Below, piece after piece: positions 1 through 9,694 of a stretch of DNA of 64,000 nucleotides (positions are counted from its first letter, which is position 1; each line of letters starts with the position of its first letter). The notes beneath the pieces are model-generated. The model had not been told where the DNA came from. It worked only from the letters and a program-made list of their open reading frames with translations, and ran no database searches. The translations under genes were made by a program, and so were the position numbers. The stretch covers positions 310,001 to 374,000 of IMG/VR virus record IMGVR_UViG_3300038463_000730, one strand, 5' to 3'.

Positions 1-512
1 GCCTGTTTCTGTTTCCCCTTGAACAAGTAGCGAAGAAAGTTTAGGTAGTTCTTGAACTTGATATCGTGCGGGATACACCGGGACGTTGTGTTGTGATCGA
101 CCAACCGAAGATTGAGATGTTCAATCGTCTCGTTTCTAATGAGACATTGAATATAGTAGGCCCAATATGTATCTGGAGTTGGTAGCATAACGGTCTCTTT
201 CAGAAACGTAATCTTGAATCGATGATCAACAACGGCTGCCGAACGAATCTCCCTGCGTAACAGGAAAATGTGCGACCCTTGTAATTCAGTAGCTTCAAGA
301 AATCCGGCATACTTCCCATAGTAAGCTGGATACTGATGCTCCGGCCAATACTTCGGGTCTGCCGTTACGTACGTTCCATTGCTCAACTCAACCATCTTGA
401 CCGGATTGACTAGATCAAGAATGAACTTTTTGGCTTCTGATGCCTTTCGTTCAGTCTGTCCGGCCCTTAGATCACTTGGGTCGTCACAATAGATGATTGA
501 ACAGTTGACCAT
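1..512 (-). CDS. hypothetical protein, truncated by window edge
   Basis: Open frame from ATG at 512 (MVNCSIIYCDDPSDLRAG...) to the window start with no stop; absent from the ORF track because it is incomplete. Confidence 0.7.
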   Translation of the reverse strand, partial: MVNCSIIYCDDPSDLRAGQTERKASEAKKFILDLVNPVKMVELSNGTYVTADPKYWPEHQYPAYYGKYAGFLEATELQGSHIFLLRREIRSAAVVDHRFKITFLKETVMLPTPDTYWAYYIQCLIRNETIEHLNLRLVDHNTTSRCIPHDIKFKNYLNFLRYLFKGKQKQ

Positions 513-533
513 TGTTAAACCAATTGTTAAACC

Positions 534-565
534 AAAAGCCACGCGATCAGGACCGCGTGGCTTTT
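534..565. terminator. intrinsic terminator, possibly bidirectional
   Basis: AAAAGCCACGCG-atcaggac-CGCGTGGCTTTT, 12-bp stem with A/T tracts, downstream of 596..1249. Confidence 0.75.
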
Positions 566-595
566 AATGCCACATTAGGTGGCGGGGGTTTGAGT

Positions 596-1249
596 TCAGG
601 CTTGCGCCGGAGCGCCTTGTTCGAGTGAAGGCGGAGGAGCCGGAGTTGTCGCGCCAGCTTCGGCAGTCGTTCCGGTTGCTCCGTTCGCTGCATCTGCCTC
701 CCCTTCCTTCTTCTTCTTCTTGCGAGGCCCGGTGGGTTTTGTACGAATGACTTGCTTGCAATGCTGGCATCGCTCACGGTCATCCGGTTTCTTCGCCGTA
801 ACGGCCCGGCCTCCCTTGTAAATGCCGCCGAAACGGCCCTTCTCTATCGTAATCCCTGGCCATGTCTTCGTGAGAAGACTGATGACCGGAGTAACGATTG
901 ATCCAACCAAACCGGTCTGGTCAAAAACCTTTTTGGATAGATCCTTCAAGGTGATCTTCTCACCTTCCTTCATGCCGTTCAGATGCGTCTCGACGATCGA
1001 CGCAACCTGATTCATCACGTCCGTTCCATGCGCTCCTGCTGTTGCAGTTGCGGTAGGAACGGCGGCTATCGGAGCCGGTGCCAAAGCCGGTACTGAGCCC
1101 GGAATCGGTGCGGCGAGGACCGGAGCAGGCGCCGGAGGCGCCGCAGCAACGGGCGGAGGCAACGCCAGGGGCTCCGGCGTTGTTGCAGCGGGAACCGTTT
1201 GCTCAGGTTTTGAGCTTTTCGGCTTTTTCGATTGTTTCTTCGGCGCCAT
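596..1249 (-). CDS. putative DNA-binding protein (Lys/Pro/Ala-rich, winged-helix-like core, CxxC)
   Basis: Basic N-terminus, Pro/Ala linker, core ending GITIEKGRFGGIYKG then RCQHCKQVIR; paralog of 1309..1839. Confidence 0.6.
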   Translation of the reverse strand: MAPKKQSKKPKSSKPEQTVPAATTPEPLALPPPVAAAPPAPAPVLAAPIPGSVPALAPAPIAAVPTATATAGAHGTDVMNQVASIVETHLNGMKEGEKITLKDLSKKVFDQTGLVGSIVTPVISLLTKTWPGITIEKGRFGGIYKGGRAVTAKKPDDRERCQHCKQVIRTKPTGPRKKKKKEGEADAANGATGTTAEAGATTPAPPPSLEQGAPAQA

Positions 1250-1308
1250 AACTCAGTCTCCTTTGGAACTCAGGCGTAAGACTTTACGGTTTCAGCGGAA
1301 CGAGCGAA

Positions 1309-1839
1309 TCAGGCCTCTTCCTCGTCCTCATCGTCGTGGTCATCGAGGGACTCATCCTCATTCTCAGCGAGAAAGTTCTCCAACTCGTCTTCGACGTCGG
1401 AATTGCTGTCCTTCTCGTTGACCTCGACCTCCTCCGCAGTCGTGGCATGAACCGTCTCGGATTCGGACGGTGTCGTTGTCGTGCGCTTTGCTCTTATCAC
1501 CTGTTTACAACTAGCACAACGCGGCCGAGTGTCTTCGGCTTTTTTCGTTACGACCACTCCTTTGATAATCCCTCCTTTGCGTCCGCGCAAGACAGTGACA
1601 CCGGAATACTGCTTCACCGCGAGATTGACGAGAGGTTTTACCACCTCCGCCTTCAATCCCAGGCTTTCGGAAACCTTCTCAATGAGGGACTTTTGCGTGA
1701 CACGCTCTTTGTCCGCCATTCCGTTGAAGATTTCGAAAGTTTTGTCCATGACGCGCTGCAAGGCCTGAAGATTGTCGCTCTGCATCACAGTGGCGACAGC
1801 CGGAATCGTTGACGGAGTAGTCGAGTTCATTTTAATCAT
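1309..1839 (-). CDS. paralog of 596..1249 with acidic tail
   Basis: Shares GVTVLRGRKGGIIKG and RCASCKQVIR motifs; Asp/Glu-rich C-terminus. Confidence 0.65.
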   Translation of the reverse strand: MIKMNSTTPSTIPAVATVMQSDNLQALQRVMDKTFEIFNGMADKERVTQKSLIEKVSESLGLKAEVVKPLVNLAVKQYSGVTVLRGRKGGIIKGVVVTKKAEDTRPRCASCKQVIRAKRTTTTPSESETVHATTAEEVEVNEKDSNSDVEDELENFLAENEDESLDDHDDEDEEEA

Positions 1840-1856
1840 CCTTTGAGTCTAAAAGA

Positions 1857-1903
1857 AAACGTTCGAACAATTCACGCTAATCCTGTGGATTGTTCGAACG
1901 TTT
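1857..1903 (-). terminator. intrinsic terminator after vWA gene
   Basis: 15-bp inverted repeat AAACGTTCGAACAAT/ATTGTTCGAACGTTT followed on the minus strand by TCTTTT. Confidence 0.7.
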
Positions 1904-1949
1904 CAATGTTTCTGAGTTTCCGAAAACTTACGTATCTGAAAAGAAACCG

Positions 1950-3605
1950 TTACTCGTTGCGAAGATCGTAGACTTTTCCGAAAGGCGGCTTGAAGTTGTG
2001 GCTTGCCGTTAGGATCCAGTAAACCGGAACTTTCGGCTTGGTGCGGGAGTAATCCATGTCACCAAGGTAGCCATCGGTGATCATGATGATGAAGTCACAC
2101 GGCCCAAGCTCCTTCTCATACTCATCGAAGAAGTGTTGGAACGATGTCCCGCCGCGACCAACAACTTTGACTTTGCTAATCTCTTCCCTGTTCGCCTTCT
2201 TGATTTGAACAGTCTCATCCCAATAGATTGTGCAATCTGCCGGGGTGATCGTTCCTTCACCGCGCTCGTCAATGGCCTGAAGCTGCGAAAGTCCCCATGC
2301 CATATCTTCCTGACTCATCGAGCCAGACGTATCGAGACAAACACGGAACCGAGCAAAGAAGTCCTTACGCTTCGGAACCATCAACCCAGCAAACATTTGC
2401 CGAGTGCGGAACCGGTTGTAATCGTTCCGACCATGACCCTGACGAGCCTTCTGGAGCTTGGAACGGATGACATCTTGCCACCGAAGTTTCGGAGCTAAGA
2501 GCTGCCCGATCTCATCTTCCATCCCGCCCGGAATCTTGCCCGCCATGCGCCGAGACAACTCGGCTGCATCCGCAAGACGCTTCGCTAGTTCATCCTGGGA
2601 AGCATCGGCATCCATGTGATCGTCAACCAACGATCCGTACGGACCTTCGCTGTTTCCATGATCGCAGCTATGTCCGCCACCCTGACCCTGGCCTTGACCT
2701 TGCCCATCCTGATCACCGTCACCATCTCCGTCGCCATCTCCGTCACCGTGGTCATGACCTTGGCCTTGACCGGGTTGCTGGCCTCCCTGACCCTGTCCGT
2801 TCTCATCTTCCTCTTCGCCCTGACCTTTGCCTTTGCCCTTCTGTTTCTGACCCTTCTGGTCTCCAGGCTGTTGGCCTCCGGCTTGCTGACCCTTCTGCTT
2901 GCCTTTCTGAGGCTTCTGCTGGCCAGGGACAGGCTTGCCACACTTGGGGCACTTCTGAATCTGCTGGTAGAGGAACTCGTAGATTGCTTCCGGGCGACGC
3001 ATATCATCCGGAATGTTCGGATCAGCGAAGAATACTTTCTTCTTCTCATCCGCTTTCGACATCGGCGTTTTGCCGGAAAGAACATCGGCATACTTCTTCA
3101 GTTCGATGAAATCGCCAAGATGATCCTTGAATAGCTTCGTCGGTTCGAAGCCGCGCGCCTTCAAGTCCGCCATGATGTTGTAGTTCACGATGTAGTCCAC
3201 CGCGATATTCCACAACCAAGGATGACGCCCGCCTCGACGCTGAGGGTGCATGTAGATCGCGTGAAATGCTTCGTGCGCAACGACGAAACGCAAACCCTGG
3301 CGAGACAAACTATTGATGAACTCAGCATTCCAATAGTAACGCTTGCCATCCGTTGCTGCGGTCGTGATCGGGCGGTCACCACCCGGTCCTGTACCGGGAC
3401 CACCAGCAGCGCCCTTCATGTCCCCGCAGAGAACTTGCTCGATCGGAAAGAAGAGCTGGAAGATGAACGGATCGCCACCCAAACCCGAACCAGGAGACTT
3501 GTTATCGTAGCTCAGCGATAGCTCGGTACAAACGGCAGACAACTTGTCTTCTGCCATCGTCTTTGCTTTCGGATCAACTTCGCCGTATACCTTTGTGAAT
3601 TTCAT
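1950..3605 (-). CDS. HExxH metallopeptidase-like domain + vWA domain protein (MoxR partner)
   Basis: VAHEAFHAIYMH zincin motif; MIDAS motif CLDTSGSMS, GRGGTSF, ITDGY; G/Q/D-rich linker; adjacent to AAA+ ATPase. Confidence 0.85.
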   Translation of the reverse strand: MKFTKVYGEVDPKAKTMAEDKLSAVCTELSLSYDNKSPGSGLGGDPFIFQLFFPIEQVLCGDMKGAAGGPGTGPGGDRPITTAATDGKRYYWNAEFINSLSRQGLRFVVAHEAFHAIYMHPQRRGGRHPWLWNIAVDYIVNYNIMADLKARGFEPTKLFKDHLGDFIELKKYADVLSGKTPMSKADEKKKVFFADPNIPDDMRRPEAIYEFLYQQIQKCPKCGKPVPGQQKPQKGKQKGQQAGGQQPGDQKGQKQKGKGKGQGEEEDENGQGQGGQQPGQGQGHDHGDGDGDGDGDGDQDGQGQGQGQGGGHSCDHGNSEGPYGSLVDDHMDADASQDELAKRLADAAELSRRMAGKIPGGMEDEIGQLLAPKLRWQDVIRSKLQKARQGHGRNDYNRFRTRQMFAGLMVPKRKDFFARFRVCLDTSGSMSQEDMAWGLSQLQAIDERGEGTITPADCTIYWDETVQIKKANREEISKVKVVGRGGTSFQHFFDEYEKELGPCDFIIMITDGYLGDMDYSRTKPKVPVYWILTASHNFKPPFGKVYDLRNE

Positions 3606-3704
3606 AGTTCCTCAATGTCTAAGCTATATATCGATAAGAAGAAGAATGGTGGAGCCGCTGCCCAGGCCGAGCCCCCACGGCTCCACCATTCTCACCAGAC
3701 ACCA

Positions 3705-4832
3705 TCACGCGATGCGGTCGTTGATCTTGTCGAGCAACTTGCTCCACCCCGGCTCCTCATCGAGCCCGTGGAGGATGAGGCGATCCAAGTTGATCTGGGA
3801 ACGCGCGGCGATCAGCGCGATTTCCGATTCGATGTTCAGAAGGAACTTCGCGATCATTCCGGCGACCTCGGGATACGTTCCCTCCTTGCAGTCGTCGATC
3901 TTGGCAGCGAGACGAGCGCAAGTGATCATGGCGCACACGATCTGCTTCGTGCGTTCCATTTTGTCGAAGTCCTTCACGGGCTGTCCCTTGAAGATCTTCT
4001 CGACCACCGGCAAGAGAACCTGATAGTGATCGTAGTAATGCTGGAACTGCATACCGATCTGCTTACCGATGCAGCCCGAAACTTTCGTCACGAGAACATT
4101 AACCGGCCAGTTCTTGTCTTCGCCAACTCGCAGAAGTTTGCTGGCGTTGTGCCAGCCGCGGGGGCTGGCCGAGGCATAAGCGTCGCCCTCATCCACGTCA
4201 CCGAAGAGATGCTCCGGGTGATCGTTGATGTATGCCGTAACGGACGGGTGAATCTCACGACTACGCCCGGCCCACTCCAACCACTGACGGTGATCGGACT
4301 CGATCAGATACTTCTCGGCGCGGTCTAGCAAGGGAAGGGAGGGACGTGACCCACCCTCCGCAGCCAAGTTCCCCGTCATGATGCATGACTTGAGGTTCTT
4401 CAGCGCACGACCGTTGCAGCTACGAAACTGCGTGATCTCCAGGAGAGGCGCCCAGAGTGACGGATCCGCCTTGTCAACCTCGTCGAGGAGAAGCGTGACC
4501 TTCCGATTGCCATCGATCAGCTTCTTGTAGAAGAAGGGCATGATGAATTCGAGGAACCGACGATCTGCATTCGGGTCACGAGCCGAAAGCATGTCGGGAT
4601 ACCCACCAAGATCGACGCGCTCCAAAACAGAGAGGTTTAGGTAAACCTCTTCCGTGTCCGAAGCCGCAATCGATTGCTTCGCAATGTGCGTCTTACCAAT
4701 CCCTCGACGTCCAAACAGAGCGGCATTGCCCTCTCCCTGAATCGTACAAATGAGATTCTCTTCCAACTCCCGGGGATTCAACTTCTTGAGGTTGAAGTCC
4801 GAGATTGCCGCAGCTGTTTCCTTCTTTGCCAT
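3705..4832 (-). CDS. MoxR-like AAA+ ATPase
   Basis: Walker A GRRGIGKT, Walker B LLLDEVDKA, sensor TGN, PLLDR arginine finger, SPRGW. Confidence 0.85.
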   Translation of the reverse strand: MAKKETAAAISDFNLKKLNPRELEENLICTIQGEGNAALFGRRGIGKTHIAKQSIAASDTEEVYLNLSVLERVDLGGYPDMLSARDPNADRRFLEFIMPFFYKKLIDGNRKVTLLLDEVDKADPSLWAPLLEITQFRSCNGRALKNLKSCIMTGNLAAEGGSRPSLPLLDRAEKYLIESDHRQWLEWAGRSREIHPSVTAYINDHPEHLFGDVDEGDAYASASPRGWHNASKLLRVGEDKNWPVNVLVTKVSGCIGKQIGMQFQHYYDHYQVLLPVVEKIFKGQPVKDFDKMERTKQIVCAMITCARLAAKIDDCKEGTYPEVAGMIAKFLLNIESEIALIAARSQINLDRLILHGLDEEPGWSKLLDKINDRIA

Positions 4833-4933
4833 AATCTAATCCTTTCCCAAGCTTAATTCAGAGAGTGTGTCGCGGAACATCGTGTCGTCTTCTGGAAAGG
4901 GTCGATCGGTTAGATGCGTGTATCCCAATGTCC

Positions 4934-4962
4934 AGAGTAACAACGTCAGTATCAAAAGTCAA
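4934..4962 (-). promoter_or_regulatory. sigma70-type promoter for AAA+/vWA operon
   Basis: TTGACT-17 bp-TACTCT on the minus strand ~100 nt upstream of 4832. Confidence 0.6.
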
Positions 4963-5023
4963 GCCCTAGAGGGCTGAATGTTTGTTTAGTGTTTAATTTA
5001 GTTGTCGGAGTTACAGTGACACT

Positions 5024-5194
5024 TTAATACGGAGGTCGTAAAGGCTTGTCGATTATCCCGGCTTGCCTGCGAAGCTCCATCCACCCCTCGCCGGTATCGC
5101 TGTACTTCTCGATACGAGCTGCCTTAGCTACCAATCGCCAGTCAGAGGTAGCGAACAACTTAATACTCGTCGTCTCTGTATTTACGTTGTTCAT
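5024..5194 (-). CDS. small hypothetical protein (56 aa)
   Basis: MNNVNTETTSIKLFATSDWRLVAKAARIEKY...PPY*, fills the gap; below ORF-track cutoff. Confidence 0.45.
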   Translation of the reverse strand: MNNVNTETTSIKLFATSDWRLVAKAARIEKYSDTGEGWMELRRQAGIIDKPLRPPY

Positions 5195-5277
5195 CTGTTG
5201 AACCGGCTCGCTCTGTTCGTCTATCTTTCATCGGCCCGCCTTGTTTTTTATGCATGGCCGCATGATGAAACGGGTCT

Positions 5278-5610
5278 CTATGTAACGGGAGTTTCTTTTT
5301 GCCCTTTTTCTTCTTTCGTTTCTTTGTCATTGAAAAAAGACCTAAAGCGATTACGAATCCCGTGTGGGAAAAGAGTTTGCCAGATAGTTATCTCGAACTC
5401 CCAATACTTCTCATCTTCGAGACGATTATCATTCTCCAATAAAGGAGCGAGAACTATTCCGACTAATGCCAATCCGACTGCTAACCAAAAGAACTGGTTA
5501 GCCAACTCATTCCGTCCAGTAATCAGAAGATACCCGGCGCTGATGAATGTAGTTATGATGAGCGCTACGTACTTAAAGACCTTGTCTGGTTTCGGAATGC
5601 GAACAATCAT
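5278..5610 (-). CDS. hypothetical membrane protein
   Basis: Two hydrophobic segments; coupled to the upstream ORF. Confidence 0.6.
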   Translation of the reverse strand: MIVRIPKPDKVFKYVALIITTFISAGYLLITGRNELANQFFWLAVGLALVGIVLAPLLENDNRLEDEKYWEFEITIWQTLFPHGIRNRFRSFFNDKETKEEKGQKETPVT

Positions 5611-5840
5611 CAGGAGGTGCCGATTCGTTGTAGAAGTTTGTTAGTCCGGATTATGTCCAGTCCACGGTTTACTGATTCGTCGATGATGTCGTACGCATCC
5701 TTCAGGTCTTGAAGGTGCTCGTTGATCGGATGCCCAGCTGCAAGCTCTCGCTCGCAGTCCTCCGTAATCTCTACGATTGAGATACAGAGTTTGGCCATGA
5801 GAGCTGCTGACTGTCGGAGCTGCCGCATTTGGCTACCCAT
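5610..5840 (-). CDS. hypothetical protein
   Basis: ORF in operon orientation, coupled to neighbour. Confidence 0.55.
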   Translation of the reverse strand: MGSQMRQLRQSAALMAKLCISIVEITEDCERELAAGHPINEHLQDLKDAYDIIDESVNRGLDIIRTNKLLQRIGTS

Positions 5841-5940
5841 CGCTACACCGTCCTTTCAGCTTCCCGTCTCGTCGTCACAGAGGATTGTTTCGGTTCTTTC
5901 ATGACGCTCGACACTAGAAAGACATGAATGCCTTGAGCGA

Positions 5941-6273
5941 TCAGACTGATATTGAAAGCACTACGACGTTGTACTCAGAGTTCATCGAAGGCAGTTCAAC
6001 TTCGTAATCGCGTAGACAATGAACCCACTCTGAAGGAACAGACTTCGGCGCCCACTCGTAATCCTGTTTGATAGCCGCTTTGATCCACCAAAGTTTGTCA
6101 TAGAGATCATCTCCATCTTGATCGACTAGAGATGCAGCGGCTTTGCCGTAGTATGCTCGCCCAGCAATTACGTATAGTTGATTACTGCGTTTAGTTCCGA
6201 ACTTTTCAGAATCGATAGCAAAATATCGGTTCTTCCCATGTTCGATCCAAATCAAAAGAGTACCCGGCACCAT
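5941..6273 (-). CDS. hypothetical protein
   Basis: ORF in operon orientation. Confidence 0.6.
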   Translation of the reverse strand: MVPGTLLIWIEHGKNRYFAIDSEKFGTKRSNQLYVIAGRAYYGKAAASLVDQDGDDLYDKLWWIKAAIKQDYEWAPKSVPSEWVHCLRDYEVELPSMNSEYNVVVLSISV

Positions 6274-6276
6274 GAC

Positions 6277-7026
6277 TCATCCCTTCAGGGCATGAAGAAC
6301 GTTGAGCCGTTTGGCGAGCTTTACCGGATCTGTGAAATCGAATTTCATATACGCCTCATCATCCGGTTCACGGAGAATGATTCCGCCGCGCTGTGAATCG
6401 AGGACATCGATCTTGTCAGCCTTCACGATCTGAAAGAAGACGTGACGCCGATTCTTTGTCCATTTCGAAGCGTAGTCGTGAATGGCGTAGACTTCGTCAG
6501 GCTTCTTGCCTGTCGGAACGTAATAGAACTCGTCCCACGATTCTCCAGCCGCCCACGTCTCCCCGTCATCGTCTATCGCTAGCAAAGAGATTCGCTTGTA
6601 GTGACCATCGCAAACTTGGACGTGATAGAACTCCTCCGACAATTTGTTGATGATTCGATAGATATGGATCAATCCGGCACCGCTCGCGGCAGCCCAATGA
6701 TCTTCTTTATCAACGAACTCCTGTTCGATCGGGAATCGTTCCACGAGCGAATTCTCGTCGGGATTGGTTCGCACTTTCAATTCGCCGGACTTCCGATCGA
6801 ACGAATAAGTTCCGGTAATCTCGACATCATTGACGGTGAACGAACGAGTGATGACCAACTTTTTCTTGTCCAACTTGAAGTCATTCGTTTTGACTTTGAA
6901 GTCGAACTCTTGAATGTCGGTGTATTTGCCGGTGGCAAAGTATCGAGTTAGAGGTTTCTTACACCGAGGGCAATTATCCTCGAAGGTAAGCTGGTCATTC
7001 AACGATTCGTAAATCACCCTGCTCAT
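6277..7026 (-). CDS. hypothetical protein (CxxC; shared C-terminal motif)
   Basis: 249 aa, CPRC, ends KRLNVLHALKG. Confidence 0.7.
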   Translation of the reverse strand: MSRVIYESLNDQLTFEDNCPRCKKPLTRYFATGKYTDIQEFDFKVKTNDFKLDKKKLVITRSFTVNDVEITGTYSFDRKSGELKVRTNPDENSLVERFPIEQEFVDKEDHWAAASGAGLIHIYRIINKLSEEFYHVQVCDGHYKRISLLAIDDDGETWAAGESWDEFYYVPTGKKPDEVYAIHDYASKWTKNRRHVFFQIVKADKIDVLDSQRGGIILREPDDEAYMKFDFTDPVKLAKRLNVLHALKG

Positions 7027-7038
7027 CGTTACTCTCCG

Positions 7039-7299
7039 TCAATTGAACTTGTCGTAAAAGTGGATATAACCCCAGATCGGATCATTCTCTGAGATATTCT
7101 TCTCGATGAGCTTTTCCCGAAGCTTTGATCTCGCATCCACGTGGATATGCCCGTCATTCAAGATGGCGCCCAAGAGAAAAGCGACTTCCATCCCGAGTTC
7201 GGACCAGTTCTCCGCGTGATCATGAAACCACCGATACCAATGCTGCATCAACTTTATCTTCGCATTGGGTTCGAGTTTTTTGCTCACCATTGTATTCAT
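7039..7299 (-). CDS. hypothetical protein
   Basis: ORF in operon orientation with RBS. Confidence 0.6.
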   Translation of the reverse strand: MNTMVSKKLEPNAKIKLMQHWYRWFHDHAENWSELGMEVAFLLGAILNDGHIHVDARSKLREKLIEKNISENDPIWGYIHFYDKFN

Positions 7300-7326
7300 C
7301 GAACTACAACTCCCCGCTTCAAAATC

Positions 7327-7359
7327 AAAAGGCCGAGTCGTTTGAACGATCCCGGCCTT
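7327..7359 (-). terminator. intrinsic terminator
   Basis: Minus strand AAGGCCGGGATCG-TTCAAA-CGACTCGGCCTTTT. Confidence 0.6.
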
Positions 7360-7384
7360 CTCGATGCTCAGCTTTCACTGAGCT

Positions 7385-7873
7385 TTACTTCTCGGGTTGA
7401 GTGCCCGGCTTTTCCGCCTGCTCCTGCCGAAGGCCAACCTTATAGGCCTTTTTCTCGATTGCGCGGCGAGCCCAGTTCGGAACAACCGAATGTTCCTCTC
7501 CAGTGAATTTGCCGGAGCGGTCGCGCAGTTTGACGATCGTGTTCGAGCCCTCGCGAAGAACGTCTTCGAGAAGGGACATGGATTCCTCGATCGTCACGAA
7601 TGTTCGGGCATTGTCCTGACTAGACAATGATCCGGTCACCCGCTTCGTGCGATCCTTCTCGAAACGATTCTTGGCCATGTTTCGAGCCAAATCCTTTACG
7701 AATTTGTCTTTTGGAGAACAAAAGGCCAGACCCGCTTGATAGCTGATCTTTCCGTTTTGCTTCTGCCATTCGAGATACACGCAGGCGTATCCCGTACCTT
7801 CGTTGGTTTCGAGCTGAAGGTAACGAAAGTTCTGGCCTGCGTTCCTTGGTTGCTTAGTCGTTGTGGCTGTCAT
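7385..7873 (-). CDS. hypothetical protein
   Basis: 162 aa with GGAG RBS. Confidence 0.7.
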   Translation of the reverse strand: MTATTTKQPRNAGQNFRYLQLETNEGTGYACVYLEWQKQNGKISYQAGLAFCSPKDKFVKDLARNMAKNRFEKDRTKRVTGSLSSQDNARTFVTIEESMSLLEDVLREGSNTIVKLRDRSGKFTGEEHSVVPNWARRAIEKKAYKVGLRQEQAEKPGTQPEK

Positions 7874-7938
7874 TGGTGTCTCCTGGAGACTTCTGTCTCT
7901 CTGCTAGTTCGTGTCGTCATCCGGATCGACATGATCGT

Positions 7939-8256
7939 CTACGGGTCCACACGGATAACTTTTCCGTATATTCCATTCGACGAAGTCCATCCATTCACAT
8001 GGTTCTTGTTGTTGCTGATTTGAAACTGCTGCTTGGGAAACTTGTTCTTTATCGCCGTGATTAGGTGAACGAAACATTTTCCGTTCACCTTACACAAAAC
8101 GATGTCGCCAACGCATAGCGTTTGAATATCTGCGATCGGAGCAACCGTTACGAGTTGACCTGACTCAATCCGACCTTGCATCGAATTACCGTGAGGCCTG
8201 AACGAAACTGTTTTCCCTTCTCTCAGATTCGCTATGTGTTGCGTTGCCCAATTCAT
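7939..8256 (-). CDS. S24/S26-family peptidase-like protein
   Basis: GNSMQG catalytic-Ser motif, VGDIVLC, FVHLI (His in the general-base position). Confidence 0.65.
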   Translation of the reverse strand: MNWATQHIANLREGKTVSFRPHGNSMQGRIESGQLVTVAPIADIQTLCVGDIVLCKVNGKCFVHLITAIKNKFPKQQFQISNNKNHVNGWTSSNGIYGKVIRVDP

Positions 8257-8263
8257 TCGTTGC

Positions 8264-8710
8264 TCAGTCGTCGGTTGTTCCGAGAAGCGCCTTGCCAGCC
8301 GCCGCCGCTCGCGCGGCCAACATCTGCCCGAGCATCTTCGGCCTCGTGATCATGGCCCTGGCAGCCTTAATCACGGTCGGGCTCGGCGTCGGAGCTATCC
8401 CGCGGCGCGAATCGGGATACTGATCGTCGATGTCGGACTGGGACAGATGATTCGGGTAGTAAAGCAGAGAGTTATCCATCGTCCCATCCTGGAGCCGAAC
8501 CTGGATGCTCGTGCGGCCATAGTTCGTCAGAGCGCCCGACTGGTACGCCGAACGAACCACGCTCCGAACATCACTATGGCGGCAGGGAAACGGTGGACGT
8601 GACGCGGAACCGCTCTTCACGGCGTTGCTGACGTCGAGCGCGGTGAAAAGCTCTTGCTTTCCGATGAGTTCACTCATGGTGTCGTGGACGACTGTTTCGA
8701 ACTGGTTCAT
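8264..8710 (-). CDS. hypothetical protein
   Basis: 148 aa, RBS GGAGAG. Confidence 0.7.
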   Translation of the reverse strand: MNQFETVVHDTMSELIGKQELFTALDVSNAVKSGSASRPPFPCRHSDVRSVVRSAYQSGALTNYGRTSIQVRLQDGTMDNSLLYYPNHLSQSDIDDQYPDSRRGIAPTPSPTVIKAARAMITRPKMLGQMLAARAAAAGKALLGTTDD

Positions 8711-8864
8711 TTTCTCTCTCCGGTAGAAGTAGCCCAGCTATGAAGCTTAGGCTGTCTCAGCGTAGAAAGCAATAGCCTCGTGACGGAAAAACAAATGGCT
8801 TCCGTCGCGAGGAAAAAGAATTCGATTGACCGGACCTACGAAAAGCACGTTGGCATGATTCTTG

Positions 8865-9263
8865 CTATCCAACAAACGTTTTGGCTTTGAAGAGACGCTC
8901 ACATTCCGAACGAATGGTTGGCGGAACTAACTGCTCATCCAAGATGTAACGACCAGCACCGGCATTATCGAGAGTATCTTCGTATAGCTCAGCATCTCTG
9001 TATTTGATCTTGCCATCTTTGAAAGAAACGTACCATGTCGGTAAATCTTTTCCATCAATTTCGCTGAATGATTTCAGCGTGACATGCAATGTCTCGGCAT
9101 CGATCAAATCTACTCGGTAGAACTCATGGTCGAAAGTATGCTTCGCGGCTCCTCGTGTTCTAACAGGTTTCATCGAGCTTTGACCAAAGAAGGACGACGC
9201 ACTACGTGATGCCTTCTTCGCTACTCTGGTCTTCCTCCAAATCAAAGCTTGATGATGTCGCAT
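8865..9263 (-). CDS. hypothetical protein (shared C-terminal motif)
   Basis: Start moved to ATG 9263 to avoid overlap; ends RLFKAKTFVG. Confidence 0.6.
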   Translation of the reverse strand: MRHHQALIWRKTRVAKKASRSASSFFGQSSMKPVRTRGAAKHTFDHEFYRVDLIDAETLHVTLKSFSEIDGKDLPTWYVSFKDGKIKYRDAELYEDTLDNAGAGRYILDEQLVPPTIRSECERLFKAKTFVG

Positions 9264-9265
9264 TT

Positions 9266-9694
9266 TTACTGCTGCCCCTGAATGTAAGCGGAGTTTGTTG
9301 TCGTGAACTGCTGTTTCCACTGCCACTCGTCCTGAACATACATCGCATATTCAGCGGATGTGATTTCGATCTCAGGCTCGGTGTGCATCTTCAACATACC
9401 GATCGCGCGCTCATAATCCTTCGTCTGGTTCATCGGCTGAGTAAGATGAATGTAATGCTCGACATGCTTACCTTGCTTGGCAGCTGACAGCATCTTCTCC
9501 AATGTATCGACCATCGCCTTGCGATAACCGACGCACGCCTTCTCGAAGGTTTCGATATGCGTCTTGCAGTTCTCTTCGAGCTTCGCCAACAGAACGTCAA
9601 CCTTAACTTTTACCATTCTCATGCTAATATCCTCTTCGTCGTAAGACAATCCATTTAGAAAATCTGGAATTTCAAACTGATTTGTGAAATTCAT
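9266..9694 (-). CDS. hypothetical helical protein
   Basis: 142 aa, coupled ORF. Confidence 0.7.
   Translation of the reverse strand: MNFTNQFEIPDFLNGLSYDEEDISMRMVKVKVDVLLAKLEENCKTHIETFEKACVGYRKAMVDTLEKMLSAAKQGKHVEHYIHLTQPMNQTKDYERAIGMLKMHTEPEIEITSAEYAMYVQDEWQWKQQFTTTNSAYIQGQQ

Noticed and set aside
2640-2930. Short tandem repeats (ccttgaccct, gtcaccgtc)
   Set aside because: These encode the G/Q/D low-complexity linker of the vWA protein; not CRISPR or a mobile repeat
8776-8812. 13-bp inverted repeat as a terminator
   Set aside because: No U-tract follows the stem on either strand; left as an uncharacterised hairpin
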